Positions 1-12,689 of a stretch of 64,000 nt of DNA are shown piece by piece. The first letter of the stretch is position 1. Every line of letters begins with the position of its first letter. The notes beneath the pieces were generated by a model. The model was not told the origin of the DNA and did no database searches. It was given only the letters and a program-made list of their open reading frames with translations. The translations under genes and the position numbers were made by a program. The stretch comes from Paraspadella gotoi (lineage: Eukaryota; Animalia; Chaetognatha), in assembly GCA_051294375.1 (NCBI GenBank), contig CM119264.1:7151814-7215813 (forward strand), given 5' to 3'.

Positions 1-922
1 GGAATCTTTTAATCATATAATCCTGACGTGATTATACTTAGACCTTCGTTTCAGATGTGAATTGTTACGAATATATATTCATATCTACGTAGCAATACTG
101 TGAAACTTTCCAGTAGACGTTTTTCGGCTTATCTGGGGAAAAACAAGACCTGGCATGAAATATTATAGCGTTTGCTTCCTTATTTGTAGAACGAGAGAGG
201 TCCTGATTAATTTTTGGGAAAATAGAAAATTTCAGCCACCCTTAAAACGTTTTTTCATTAATTGTAACGAAGGTAGAAATACTCAGCTCGTATTTTTAAA
301 ATTACACAAGCAGTTTTGAATTCTGGTGTCGTATTCATACCGAGACCAAGATTCAATACAGTCAAAGATGAAAAGTTAGGAATTTATATACTATATTATT
401 ACAATATATTCATGAAAGTAACCTCAGTTTAAAAATTAGGTTCAAAAACTTTTTTCAAAGATTTTTGCAATTTTAACTCGGCCATTTGCGTTTCTCAAAT
501 TTTAAACAAAGGTTAAAGCGACAAAATTAACGTGATACTATTTAAAAGAAAAACAGAAATAAATAGGCTTATCATTCGGCATCTCTATACGAAACACCAT
601 GCGGCATCTTTGCCAACATTTCTGGGAAGCGAACTCTTAGAATCAAGTGCAAGAATTTTTTTTGCAAAACTCAAAATTTTTGTTTTAGCTTTCAACAAAA
701 TTCCTGATGCCACTTTTTTCGGCCGAATTCACAAGTTGACAATAAAAATTGGAGGGTCAGGGGGCTGATGGCGGCAACTAGTCGGCCGAAAATGCATTTT
801 TCAAAAAAAAAGTATGCTAGTCCTAAGCTTTCAAAAACTGGGAAGAAGAAACAATCGTCATATGGGGCTAAAAAAACCGTAGGCAGGAGGGATCTAGGAA
901 TTAAAAAGCGTCCTAAGGTCGA

Positions 923-1133
923 TCAACTTCGGATTGGTTGATATTCCCAGAAGTTCTTCTCGTATCCCTCGTGACAGTGACTTAGTAAGCACTGTCCGGC
1001 GGTTTCTCGCAATCTAGCGCGACTTGTCCTGAACCTTCTGCTTGATGTCAACGAGGATGTCCGATGTGATTCTCGCTCCAGATATTCTGAGAGTTGCTCT
1101 CGTCGCGTTTTCTTAGATCTTTTTGCATTGTTC
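923..1133 (-). CDS. ARIH1: Ariadne-1 RBR E3 ubiquitin ligase, terminal exon (C-terminus of the Ariadne domain), with apparent indel errors
   Basis: Follows the minus-strand acceptor ttcttctttctcgttttAG. Allowing a few 1-bp indels, it reads [67 protein letters not shown]. This matches the ARIH1 C-terminus as I recall it ([20 protein letters not shown]...[13 protein letters not shown]...HVHEGYEKDLWEY). Confidence 0.93.
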
Positions 1134-1305
1134 CTAAAACGAGAAAGAAGAAATTCCATCATAATACAGTTTACCAAGACAGAAGATATTGCTTTTAAAC
1201 TTAATTACGACGATAAAAAGCAAAATTGTGATTAAAGCTAACAGTTTTTGTTCAATTAAAATATTCAAACGCGTCATTATAAACATCAATTACAACAAAG
1301 ACCAC

Positions 1306-1548
1306 CTCAAATATGATCGAGTTGATTGTTCTTCTTCAAGTAAAAGGCAAAGAACGTAGTGGTACATCAGCGTGCTCCTGCACTGAGTCAGGACGTCCCA
1401 CGGCCTTCTTCAGAAAATGAACTTCGATCCAAGACATGTTGTGTTGCTGCATTTCCTCCATCTTTTTGGCCTCACGAGGCGTACAGCTCATGAGATCGGA
1501 TTATGAGATGTGTCGGAACTTTAAGCGACTGCATTTGGCTGTAAGTAT
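1306..1548 (-). CDS. ARIH1: Ariadne-1, penultimate exon, with apparent indel errors
   Basis: Acceptor ttttcttcgtgtccgcgcAG and donor GAG|GTGGTC. With indel correction it reads ...MQSLKF...[57 protein letters not shown], nearly identical to the ARIH1 Ariadne-domain segment [52 protein letters not shown]. Confidence 0.93.
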
Positions 1549-2014
1549 CTGCGCGGACACGAAGAAAACAAAAATATGCGCCTCGATAGAAGGACCCCAT
1601 ATAGCTTTGGTGAAACTTAGCTCGTCCCATGGCTTGGTCAGCCTCAGATTACGTCGTTCAGCGCCCAAACCATTTGTTCAATCCTGTCATGGTCCGACTC
1701 GTTAGCCGGTACAAACATCTCTGCTCTCTAAGGCATGGCNNNNNNNNNNNNNNNNNNNNNNNNNACTGGACTGAATGGTGAGGACGGCTGGGTATTGGGT
1801 ATCGGGTCAAGTCAAAACCGGGACGCGGAAGGAAATAAAGAAATAAAAAAAAGCTGAGTAGGTTAAAAAACGAAGTAAAAGAGGACAGAGGAAGTCGAGT
1901 GTGCATTGCGTAGTGTGCAGAGTGCGTATGTAGTATGAGATCTTGAGAAATCGATCGAGAAATCGAGCCTGAGAGAATCGGGTTAAGCGAACGCCGGGCT
2001 TGGACGGCGAAATG

Positions 2015-2066
2015 CGAGATGTGAGTTCCGAGATGTGAGATCCGAGATGTGAGATACGAGATGTGA
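2015..2066 (+). repeat. 14-bp tandem repeat (CGAGATGTGAGATC-like, about 4 copies)
   Basis: Reads cgagatgtgagttc cgagatgtgagatc cgagatgtgagata cgagatgtga. An inverted copy lies at about 19365-19425. Confidence 0.8.
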
Positions 2067-2520
2067 TCGCTCTCGCCGGAAGAAAAGGCATTTGCGTTGT
2101 GGATGGTTGTAGAGAAACAAGTTTGTAAAGAATATACGATTCTGTAGTTTTGAAGAATATTCGATTCTGTAGTTTACGCAAAGTAATTCAAACCTACTAC
2201 TTCCTTCACTTTCTTATCTTTTACATCCCCTTTTTACATCCCCGATCCCCTTTTCCATCCACTTAATCCATCCCCGATTCGATTTCGATAACCGATTCTA
2301 TTTCCCAATGTTAATTCTAATTTACCCAAAACCTTTCGAATTTTTCTTCACGTTAAACTCAATTTCCCTTCGATTCTCAACAAATTCTTTCAAAATCCAC
2401 TCAACCACTCAACGTCTCATTTCTTCCTTCCCCTCACCAAACTGCGCTCAATTCCCTCACCTCACGATTCCAACTTTTCTCTTTCCCTTTCCTCTCGTTC
2501 GTCTTCGACGTTATTCTTAG

Positions 2521-2859
2521 GTGAGTATCGGAATCCCCGAACTTCTCCGGGTGAGTTTCCATCGAATCCCCGAAGCCTCGTCAACGGCGACGTCTGCGAT
2601 GACGACGACTACGACGACGACGAGAACGACGAGAACGACGACGACGAGAACGACGATGAACGACGCAAGAGTTCCAGGCGTTTGTTCTTCCGCGAGGTCA
2701 TTCAGGCGCGACTGTTTACAGCCAAAGGCAGTCGGGCTCAACGCTTCTGGCGCCACCGACGACGTTGAGGACGAAATCGTCGATTCCACAAATTACCGAA
2801 CGTATTCCGGCTCTTGGCATATTAATGATAATAAAACTTTTTTTTTGGGGGGGGAGTAG
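2521..2859 (+). other. Possible exon of an unidentified gene (low-complexity, Thr-rich or Asp-rich depending on frame)
   Basis: A long pyrimidine tract ends in ttattcttAG at 2520, followed by GC-richer sequence open in two frames. I recognise no domain, and part of it is a GAC/ACG microsatellite. Confidence 0.25.
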
Positions 2860-5800
2860 GAAGTCTATCAAAAAACAACAACAACAACAGTGATAATCAC
2901 GAGAACAACGACAACCGGATTTTCCCTTCATCGGTAAAACTGCCTCGTGATATTTGGCCCGCTGCCATCTCGCGGCAACGACGAGACGAACAAATTGTGG
3001 TCGGCGCTTTTTTGCGTATGAAGTAAAACTGATGGAAAGAGAAACGATTATCTCTTTACTTTTACAATCGGTTTATGGTTTGTTTCATTTCCGTTGTCGG
3101 TAACAAGAGAAGATTCTATTGTTTCGAAATGCCAATCAAGTGGCTGAATTGACATTGACGGGGTTTGAACCACCAAATCTTTAAAATCTCCTCTTTTCCT
3201 CTCCTTTCCTTTCCTCCATTACAATCTTTTAACGCCATCTTTANNNNNNNNNNNNNNNNNNNNNNNNNNNNNNNNNNNNNNNNNNNNNNNNNNNNNNNNN
3301 NNNNNNNNNNNNNNNNNNNNNNNNNNNNNNNNNNNNNNNNNNNNNNNNNNNNNNNNNNNNNNNNNNNNNNNNNNNNNNNNNNNNNNNNNNNNNNNNNNNN
3401 NNNNNNNNNNNNNNNNNNNNNNNNNNNNNNNNNNNNNNNNNNNNNNNNNNNNNNNNNNNNNNNNNNNNNNNNNNNNNNNNNNNNNNNNNNNNNNNNNNNN
3501 NNNNNNNNNNNNNNNNNNNNNNNNNNNNNNNNNNNNNNNNNNNNNNNNNNNNNNNNNNNNNNNNNNNNNNNNNNNNNNNNNNNNNNNNNNNNNNNNNNNN
3601 NNNNNNNNNNNNNNNNNNNNNNNNNNNNNNNNNNNNNNNNNNNNNNNNNNNNNNNNNNNNNNNNNNNNNNNNNNNNNNNNNNNNNNNNNNNNNNNNNNNN
3701 NNNNNNNNNNNNNNNNNNNNNNNNNNNNNNNNNNNNNNNNNNNNNNNNNNNNNNNNNNNNNNNNNNNNNNNNNNNNNNNNNNNNNNNNNNNNNNNNNNNN
3801 NNNNNNNNNNNNNNNNNNNNNNNNNNNNNNNNNNNNNNNNNNNNNNNNNNNNNNNNNNNNNNNNNNNNNNNNNNNNNNNNNNNNNNNNNNNNNNNNNNNN
3901 NNNNNNNNNNNNNNNNNNNNNNNNNNNNNNNNNNNNNNNNNNNNNNNNNNNNNNNNNNNNNNNNNNNNNNNNNNNNNNNNNNNNNNNNNNNNNNNNNNNN
4001 NNNNNNNNNNNNNNNNNNNNNNNNNNNNNNNNNNNNNNNNNNNNNNNNNNNNNNNNNNNNNNNNNNNNNNNNNNNNNNNNNNNNNNNNNNNNNNNNNNNN
4101 NNNNNNNNNNNNNNNNNNNNNNNNNNNNNNNNNNNNNNNNNNNNNNNNNNNNNNNNNNNNNNNNNNNNNNNNNNNNNNNNNNNNNNNNNNNNNNNNNNNN
4201 NNNNNNNCATTACAATCTTCTAACGCCATCTTTAAAACCTTCTCTTCCGCGACTCTACTTTCCTTCGCCTCCATTTTAATTTCCTCGATTCTCAGGAGTT
4301 CGTTTTTCCCTTCAAAAGAAAAAAAATAACAAAAAAAAGGCAATCGCTGAAATATGCAAATTAGATTTATGTTTTTGGGCCTTTTTTTTTCTCTTTCCGC
4401 TTCGTTTCACCTGCTTTCATTTCCTCGACGCATTTCTTTTTGTCTCAAAAAATGTCAAAAGGAGATTTGAAATAGATTGAAAAGTTATTTGCGTTGAATC
4501 TTGTGTGTCTCATTTTTTTTTTGGTGCCTTTTCTTTATTCTTCTGCTATATTTTCATTTCATTTTAAATTTTTTTAAAAATTTCCTTGTTTCTTTCTTTT
4601 TCATCTGTCTGTCTNNNNNNNNNNNNNNNNNNNNNNNNNNNNNNNNNNNNNNNNNNNNNNNNNNNNNNNNNNNNNNNNNNNNNNNNNNNNNNNNNNNNNN
4701 NNNNNNNNNNNNNNNNNNNNNNNNNNNNNNNNNNNNNNNNNNNNNNNNNNNNNNNNNNNNNNNNNNNNNNNNNNNNNNNNNNNNNNNNNNNNNNNNNNNN
4801 NNNNNTTTTTTTTTATTTCCGGACAACAACAAAATAAACGGGAGAAGAGTTTCCGCCTCGTCATTAAACAAAGCATCGACAGAAATAATAAACCTCTGCA
4901 GCGGAATAAATAAAAATAAATAACAAGTGAACAAACGCATAAACATTCGTCGAAAACTTTGTTCTTTTTTTTCCAATCTGCATTTTTTTTTCTTATCTCT
5001 TTTCTTTCACGCAACTTTAACCTCGATTCTCATAAAGAAATCTTAACCTCCGTTCTTCCGAGTTCCCTCACATTTCTTCCTTCTTCATCTTCGTCCTTTA
5101 TTGAAGAAGTTATACGAGCGATTGAAATTTTTTTTAAACCCATCCTAAAATATACCTTAATATCATTCTTTATAAAAATATTACAAACAATTGATAAACT
5201 TCAGTCTACCTTAAATCTCTTTTTCTGTATTTTCGTTTTAACACGCCTTGTCGTGATTCTCGTTAATTTATTCTAATCACACCTTTTGACTACATTTTCC
5301 CTTATTATCTACACCTTTCTCTCCTATGAAACTCTGAAACCCTCCCTTCCTTAGGACTCGGAAACCCCTTCAAACCTCCATCACGCCCTTCGATTCGTCT
5401 CTTGTATGCTGATCATATTTTTCCATTCGCCAAAACATCAAAGACGCGGACGGACGTGTTTCCTTTCTCTTAGGGGTGACCATTGCGNNNNNNNNNNNNN
5501 NNNNNNNNNNNNNNNNNNNNNNNNNNNNNNNNNNNNNNNNNNNNNNNNNNNNNNNNNNNNNNNNNNNNNNNNNNNNNNNNNNNNNNNNNNNNNNNNNNNN
5601 NNNNNNNNNNNNNNNNNNNNNNNNNNNNNNNNNNNNNNNNNNNNNNNNNNNNNNNNNNNNNNNNNNNNNNNNNNNNNNNNNNNNNNNNNNNNNNNNNNNN
5701 NNNNNNNNNNNNNNNNNNNNNNNNNNNNNNNGAGAGAGAGAGAGAGAGAGAAAGGGGGAAATTCGAGTTTGAAAAAGAAAAGAAAGATTAACAAGAGAAG

Positions 5801-6184
5801 AAAGATTAAAAAGTTCGCGAAAGAAATTCGGATTCCGCGTCGACGATTTTCTTCCTTCCTTTTTCTATTCCTTTTTTTTTTTCTCTTTTCTTTTCCTTTT
5901 TTTGGGTTTTCCTCCGATCCTCTTCACTTTTCTTTCTTTTATCTTTCCTTTTCACTCTCTACTTTTTTTCTCTCTCTCGCGCGCGACTTCACTATTCCGA
6001 CTGCGACTCGCGTATTTTCCAGTTCAGCGGAGATTTTATTTTTATCAATGGCGTTTTTATCAAAGGCACCATTTTTTTTTCGAAAGGGTATTATAGAATA
6101 CAACTTTATCTTTGTATCATTAATTGAAATAACAGTTTTTAATAAAAATAATAATTTTAACAAATCCGATTGTGTTAAAAAGTT

Positions 6185-6650
6185 TTTATTTCCGCCGCGA
6201 GTACTCGCGGAGCAACTCTATAAGTCACTTTTCGGTCGGTCTGTGTCTGTCTGTCGGTCGGTATGTCTGTTCATTGGTCTGTCTCACTTACGTTAAAAAT
6301 GCATATAAATTATAATTCACCGATAGTTATAAAGNNNNNNNNNNCGCGGAGCAACTCTATTAAGTCACTTTTCGGTCGGTCTGTGTCTGTCTGTCTGTCG
6401 GTATGTCTGTTCATTGGTCTGTCCCACTTACGTTAAAAATGCATATAAATTATAATTTACCGATAGTTATAAAGTCGGGGAAAAAACCTCAAATCTAAGG
6501 GACTGCTAGAGCCGTCTTCAGGAAATCCTAAAACTATAAGGAATAAAAGATGAAATTTTGATGCAGTGCATGTCTTAAATACAAGGGCTAAGAAAGTTTT
6601 TTTAGTCATGTCTTGTCATGTCATATTATGAGATTGAAGGGAAATAAAGT
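6185..6650 (+). mobile_element. Non-autonomous DINE-1/Helentron-like (HINE) element. Its 5' part is duplicated across the 10-N gap.
   Basis: A T-run, the perfect 16-bp palindrome CCGCGAGTACTCGCGG (6195-6210), actctataagtcacttttcggtcgg, then a (GTCT/GTCG)n microsatellite. A diverged copy lies at 25305-25650 and an inverted copy at about 11830-12180. Confidence 0.6.
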
Positions 6651-7861
6651 CACTGTGGCGCAACTCATTAGAATCACCGTTCTACAATCAATCTCTATAG
6701 TTATTATCAATATTCTGGTTTGTTAAAACTTAATCGCATTTTCATCAAGCGATTAAAAACACATTCGTTCTCCATCGTAGTTTCTAGGAATTCGTTCATT
6801 AAAACAAAATCATCGAATGCGTTCATTTCTTCATTCATCTCTCACCACGTGACTCCATCCATCGTTCGCTCCTCACTTTGTCGACGATCCCTTTTCACTA
6901 ATAACTTCTTATCTCTTCGACGCGTGAAAGGAAACCTCGCATTATCTCTTTGTGTGAGGGGGGGGGNNNNNNNNNNNNNNNNNNNNNNNNNNNNNNNNNN
7001 NNNNNNNNNNNNNNNNNNNNNNNNNNNNNNNNNNNNNNNNNNNNNNNNNNNNNNNNNNNNNNNNNNNNNNNNNNNNNNNNNNNNNNNNNNNNNNNNNNNN
7101 NNNNNNNNNNNNNNNNNNNNNNNNNNNNNNNNNNNNNNNNNNNNNNNNNNNNNNNNNNNNNNNNNNNNNNNNNNNNNNNNNNNNNNNNNNNNNNNNNNNN
7201 NNNNNNNNNNNNNNNNNNNNNNNNNNNNNNNNNNNNNNNNNNNNNNNNNNNNNNNNNNNNNNNNNNNNNNNNNNNNNNNNNNNNNNNNNNNNNNNNNNNN
7301 NNNNNNNNNNNTAGCGACTCTCTTCACTTCGTCTCTTTTCGCGGCTTCTTTGAGCTTGAAATAAAAGAGAACGAAGGTAGTATTCTGTATGGTCTTTCAA
7401 GAAAACCAGTGAACCCGTTCAAGAAATTTACCTCGTGTTTCAAGCTGATACTTACGCAGGAAAGTTAAACTTACTTTGCATTTTGCTTGAAGAAAATTAA
7501 GCGAAAACAATGGGTTATTTTAAAATCCTCTAGAAATTATACATAGATAAACGGGGAATGAAATGTATACTAAGTACTAAATATTACCTCTTTTAACTTT
7601 TGGTTTCAAAGTTTAAGATTATAAAGTATTTAACCCATTCGAGGGGAAAAATTAATGTTTATAAGTGTGAAGACGGACCGCACAATAGCTCATTCTATTT
7701 CTATGATCATTCCATTCCCCTCGCCTGACATCCCCCTTTCCCTAAAAGATCACACGGTAACAGTCCCTTCCTCTTTCTCTTTCCCTCCCTTTAAGGCAGC
7801 CTCACAAACTCGCCCTCCCTCAATCTTTGCCCCCTCGACTGACCTCGGTTTGACCCTTGGC

Positions 7862-9060
7862 TTTTAGTCGGATCTTGCTTATTCAGCAGATCCCGACTCT
7901 AAACTCACTTTTTATAACTCACTTTTTCGGTCCGTCTCGGTCCTGTCCCGCCCCCCTCAATATGCGGGGCACACACTTATATCATGTCCAGAACATCGAA
8001 TTTGATAAATTATGCAAAAAAAAAATGTGTTTCCGTCCGTTCCGTCGTCTGTCCGTCCGTCCGTCCGTCCCGTCCGTCCGTCCCACCTTAGCAAAAAACA
8101 CCAATTACTCGTGATTGGATGGATGGATTTAAATGAAATTTTGTGGTGTGAGATAGGTAAGTGTGTTGATTGAGCTGGATATTAAGTTTTCGATGGAATC
8201 GTCCGAGTGGGAAATGAGGTTTAACTAGTGGAAAAAAACCAAAAAAATATTATTCACATTTGAACACCAATTGCTCATGACGTGGATGGGCTGATTTGAC
8301 CTGGAATTTTGTATTGTGGGTAGGAAGTGTGTGTGATTGAACAGGGAAATCAAGTTTCGATGTGGTAATATTTTGTAGTGGAAATGAGTTTAAATGGAAA
8401 AAAAACAAAAAAACCTGTTTTACTAATTTGATTATGCTTCTTTTCTTGTTATATTAAATGTATCTGCAGAGTATGTAATAAATCAAATTAATTAATTTTC
8501 AGTAATTTTTAAAATCAATTAGTAGAAATAAATAATCAAATAATTAATTTAAATTAGGTTCAATCAATCCGTCCACCGTCCCATCTTAGCCAAAAATGCT
8601 CCAATAACTCGTTATTGTGCTGGTTGGATTGGAATAAATTTGTGTGTGGTTTAAGGGAAAGTGGTGTATTAAAGCTGGGATAAATAAAAATTTCGCATGG
8701 AATCGTATGTGAGTGGAAAATTAGTTTAAATGGAAAACATAAGTCGAATTTACTGTAAACAAATATCTTTTACTATAACCAATAATACTCCAATTAATCA
8801 TAATTGGATGGATAGATTTAAAGCTGAAAATTTGTGTGTGGGTAGGAAAACGTATGAGAAGCTTGATATAAAGTTTTCGAGTGGAACGTACCAGTGGAAA
8901 TGAGTTTAAATGAAAAAATATGAGTCCACATTTTACTGAATCTTTTTATTTATTTTAACCCATGATAGATTGAGATGAAATTTTGTGAGCCGGTAGGGGA
9001 AAGTGAGGAAGAAGCTAGAATATAAAGTTTTGACGGAATGCAAGTTTGAAAAAAATTATG
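7862..9060 (+). mobile_element. DINE-1/HINE-like element(s) with a (GTCC)n microsatellite and repeated core units
   Basis: A 5' stem-loop agtcggatct...agatcccgact is followed by aactcactttttcggtccgtc. (GTCC)n lies at about 8032-8083. A core unit (ccaattactc..ggatggatttaaatgaaattttgtg..aagttttcgatggaatcgt..agtggaaatgagtttaa) restarts at 8101, 8267, 8601, 8790 and partially near 8960. Confidence 0.65.
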
Positions 9061-10729
9061 AAAGTTTTTGAAAATGATTTGCATGTTTAAAAATCTTTAA
9101 AAGCATAAGACGTCTCCGCTATTGCATAAAAAGAGAGAGAGAGAAGGCGGAGAGGAGAGAGAAAGAGAGAGGAGAGGAGAAGATGTGAAGAGAGGAAAGA
9201 GGAGAGGAGAGTGAGAGAGAGAGAGAGATGAGAAGGAGACATAAATAAAATATAAAAAATCTTAAAAGGGACTCAAGATCGAGCCAGAGCCCACTATCAT
9301 AGAAAATTAATTTTGAAAAACCTGTCGGAAAAAAAACGATATGAATTCATGCGGATACGAATTGTTTGATGTATAGTAATTGATTGAGGTATAACTATTT
9401 GATTGATGTAATATAGTAATTTATTTTGTATGTTATTTAGGAATTGATTTATTGATTCAATGATAATAATTATTGATCGATGATAGTCATTCAACTGCTG
9501 CTGATGTAGTTCATTCAGTGAGCGATGATTGTCATTTCATTTTGCATGCCGATGATTGTCATTCATTGATTGCGATGATAGTCAATAAAACCAAAACAAA
9601 TGCCGGTTATGAGTGAAAAGAGAGAGAGAGAGGAGGGGAGGAGAGAGGACGAGAGAGAGAAAGACGAGAGAGAGAAAGAAAGAGAAGAGAGAGAGAAGAG
9701 AGAGAGATAGAGAGAGAAAGAAAGGAGCAGAGAGAGAGGAGAGAACGGAGAGGAGAGAAGAGGAGAGAGAGAGAGAAAGAAAGAAAGAGAATAAATCCAC
9801 GAAAATTCTCGGATTGAAAAATGGGATTGTATGAAAAAAAGCCGGGAAATAAATGGCAATAATAAAAAGTTTAGAAGGAAAAAAATAATCAGAATTTTTT
9901 TAAACAAACAAACGATTCACGCAAAAGATCGGGACAGATGGACAGACACACACAGAGAGACGAGAGAGAGAGAGAGAAAAAGAGAGAAGAGAGAGAGACA
10001 GCCGGCTGCAGAGAAAAAGAGAAAGAGCCGATATATATAATTAAAACGAGTGAGAGAGAGAGAAGCTCTACAGCCCTTTACTCGTTTAAAGAAATCAGCA
10101 GACTTATTGGCGCCGCACGTAGCGTGGCTATTCTCTTACCCAAAGGACCCGGGTTCGCGCCCTGTTTCGCGGCATCGTTTTTTACATTAAGTGAACCCAC
10201 ATTATATCTAAAAATTTTTTTTGTAAAAAAAAAAAAAAAGAGGAGAGAGAGATGAGAGAGAGAGAGAGAGAGAGATGAGAGAAGAGAAAGAAGCTGGACA
10301 GACGCTGCAGAGCCGGAACTTCGTTTTTAGAAGAAGGCAGTGACGGGAGGAAAAAGGAGAGTGAGAGAGAGAGCCCGACATATACTTAAATCGTTTTTGT
10401 TTTGTTAAATAAAACATAAACAATATACCAATATTTGATATGAAACATAGATTTTAAAGATCTTATGATAGCAAGCCATATATGAAAATTCAACTTCCCT
10501 ATGATATCACACTTTCAGAAGCCATGATTTGCAAAAAAAGCGAGACCGAAAGCTAAACCAAAAAAAATCTAGGACAGGACGGCTTTGCCCGCCTGGCTCG
10601 ATTAATAGAGGATATTTGTTTTGTTTTTGATAAAAATCGTAAACAAAAACATTTAATAACTGTTCCTTGACTCAAATTTTAAGGGAACATCGATGGATGG
10701 ACAAGCTTGAATATAAATTTAATAATACT

Positions 10730-10801
10730 ATTAATTAATTAATTAATTAATCTATTAATTAATTAATCTATTAATTAATTAACTTAATAATTAATTAATT
10801 A
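10730..10801. repeat. (TTAA)n microsatellite
   Basis: Visible ttaattaatt... run. Confidence 0.85.
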
Positions 10802-12631
10802 TCGTAGGCAGGATACCGAAACATTGTTTGCTCAAACTTGTTACCTTTCAAGTCTCTTTTCCAGGTCGTTTATTTTATCCAGTTCTGAATATCCGAGAAT
10901 GGGACGACTTTTGAATCCTTAACGCCCATGACGAGAATTATATCTCAAGTCTGAAACTTTGAAACCAAAAAGTTTAAAAAGAGGTAATATTTAGTACTTA
11001 TATACATTTATTCCCCGATATCTTATGTATAATTTCTTAGAGGATTTTTTAAATAACCATTGTTTTCGCTAATTTTCTTCAAGCAAAATGCAAAGTAAGT
11101 TTAACTTTCCTGCCGTAAGTAATCAGCTTTGAAACACGATGTAAATTTCTATGAACGGGTTTCACTGGTTTTCTTGAAAGACCATTACAGATACTACCTT
11201 CGTTCTCTTTTATTTCAAGCTCAAAGAAGCCGCGAAAAAGAGACGAAGTTGAAGAGGAGTCGCTATCTTTGTTCGAAAAAAAAAAAAAAAACTCCCTTTT
11301 CCAACCCAGGCAACTCTTTAAACCTTAATCCCATAAATACTTTATTTCATTTTCCTTACCTTTCTTAAACTTTCCTCACGGGTGAGAAAAATACTTTTTT
11401 CTTTTGATTTCGTTTCAATTCCAAATTCTTTTTTTTTTTTTTTTTGTTTACCCTTCGTGTTTTCATTAATTCCATCCATTAAAATCTCTTATCTTTTGAA
11501 ACGCTAACTCCATTCCTTGTTACTCTTTCTTTCCTCCCCCTTGGGTACCCCTCCACGCCACCCAACTCCCCCCCCCTTCACACAAAGAGATAATGCGAGT
11601 TTCCTTTCACGCGTCGAAGAGATAAGAAGTTATTAGTGCAAAAAGGGATCGTCGACAAAAGTGAGGAGCGAAAACTTATTGGATGGGAGTCACGTGGTGA
11701 GAGATGAATGAAGAAATGAACAGCCATTCGATGATTTTGGTTTAATTGAACGAATTCCTAGGAAACTACGATGGAGAACGAATGTGTTTTTTAATCGCTT
11801 GATGAAAATGCGATTAAGTTTTAACAAACCAGGACTTTATTTCCCTTTCAATCTCATAATATGACATGACAAGACATGGAACTAAAAAAACCTTTCTTTA
11901 GCCCTTGTATTTAAGACATGCACTGCATCAAAATTTTCATCTTTTATTCCTTAAGTTTTAGGTTTCCTGAAAAGGACGGCTCTAGCAGTCCCTTTAGGAT
12001 TTGAGGTTTTTTTCCCCGACTTTATAACTATCGGTTAAATTATAATTATATGCATTTTTAACGTTAAGTGGGACAGACCATCATGAACAGACATACCGAC
12101 AACAGACAGACACAGACGACCGAAAAGTGACTTAATAGAGTTGCTCCGCGAGTTACTCGCGCCGGAAATAAAAACTTTTAACCACAATCGGATTTGTTTT
12201 TAAAATTATTATTTTTATTAAAAAACTGTTATTTCAATTAATGATGCAAAAATAAAGTTGTATCTATTATACCCTTTCGAAAAAAAAATGGTTGCTTTGA
12301 TAAAAAAACGGCCATTGATAAAAAATTAAAATGTCCGCCTGAACTGGAAATACGCGAGTCGCAGTCGAATAGTGAAGTCGCGCGCGAGAGAGAGAAAGAA
12401 AAATAGTGAGAGTGAAAAGGGAAAGCTAAAAAGAAAGAAAAGTGAAGAGGATCGGAGCGAAAACCCAAAAAAAGGAAAGAAGAGAGAAAAAAAAAAAGGA
12501 ATGAAAAGGAAGGAAGAAAAATCGTCTCGACGCGGAATCGATTCTTTTCCGCGAACTTTTAATCTCTTCTTCTCCTTGTTAATCTTCTTTTCTTTTTTCA
12601 AACTCGGAAATTTTCCCCCTTTCTCTCTCTG

Positions 12632-12689
<58 letters not shown>

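Larger units (their letters stand above)
1770..7620 (+). repeat. Left arm of a large inverted duplication (gapped, accurate copy)
   Basis: Reverse-complement matches in preserved order: 1770-3243 to about 18170-19679, 4208-4614 to about 16915-17350, 4806-5487 to about 16080-16780, 5732-6966 to about 11570-12640, and 7312-7620 to about 10950-11265. Confidence 0.95.

Noticed and set aside
200-830. AT-rich segment ending in gtatgctagtcctaag, resembling a DNA-transposon terminus
   Set aside because: I found no matching second terminus or other copy in the window.
6204-6474. Apparent 130-bp tandem duplication
   Set aside because: The two copies flank a 10-N gap and differ by a few bases, which is typical of unmerged overlapping contig ends.
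3116-7468. Long ORFs of 100-370 aa spanning N-runs (also at 41-46 kb and 57-59 kb)
   Set aside because: They are open only because N codons have no stops.
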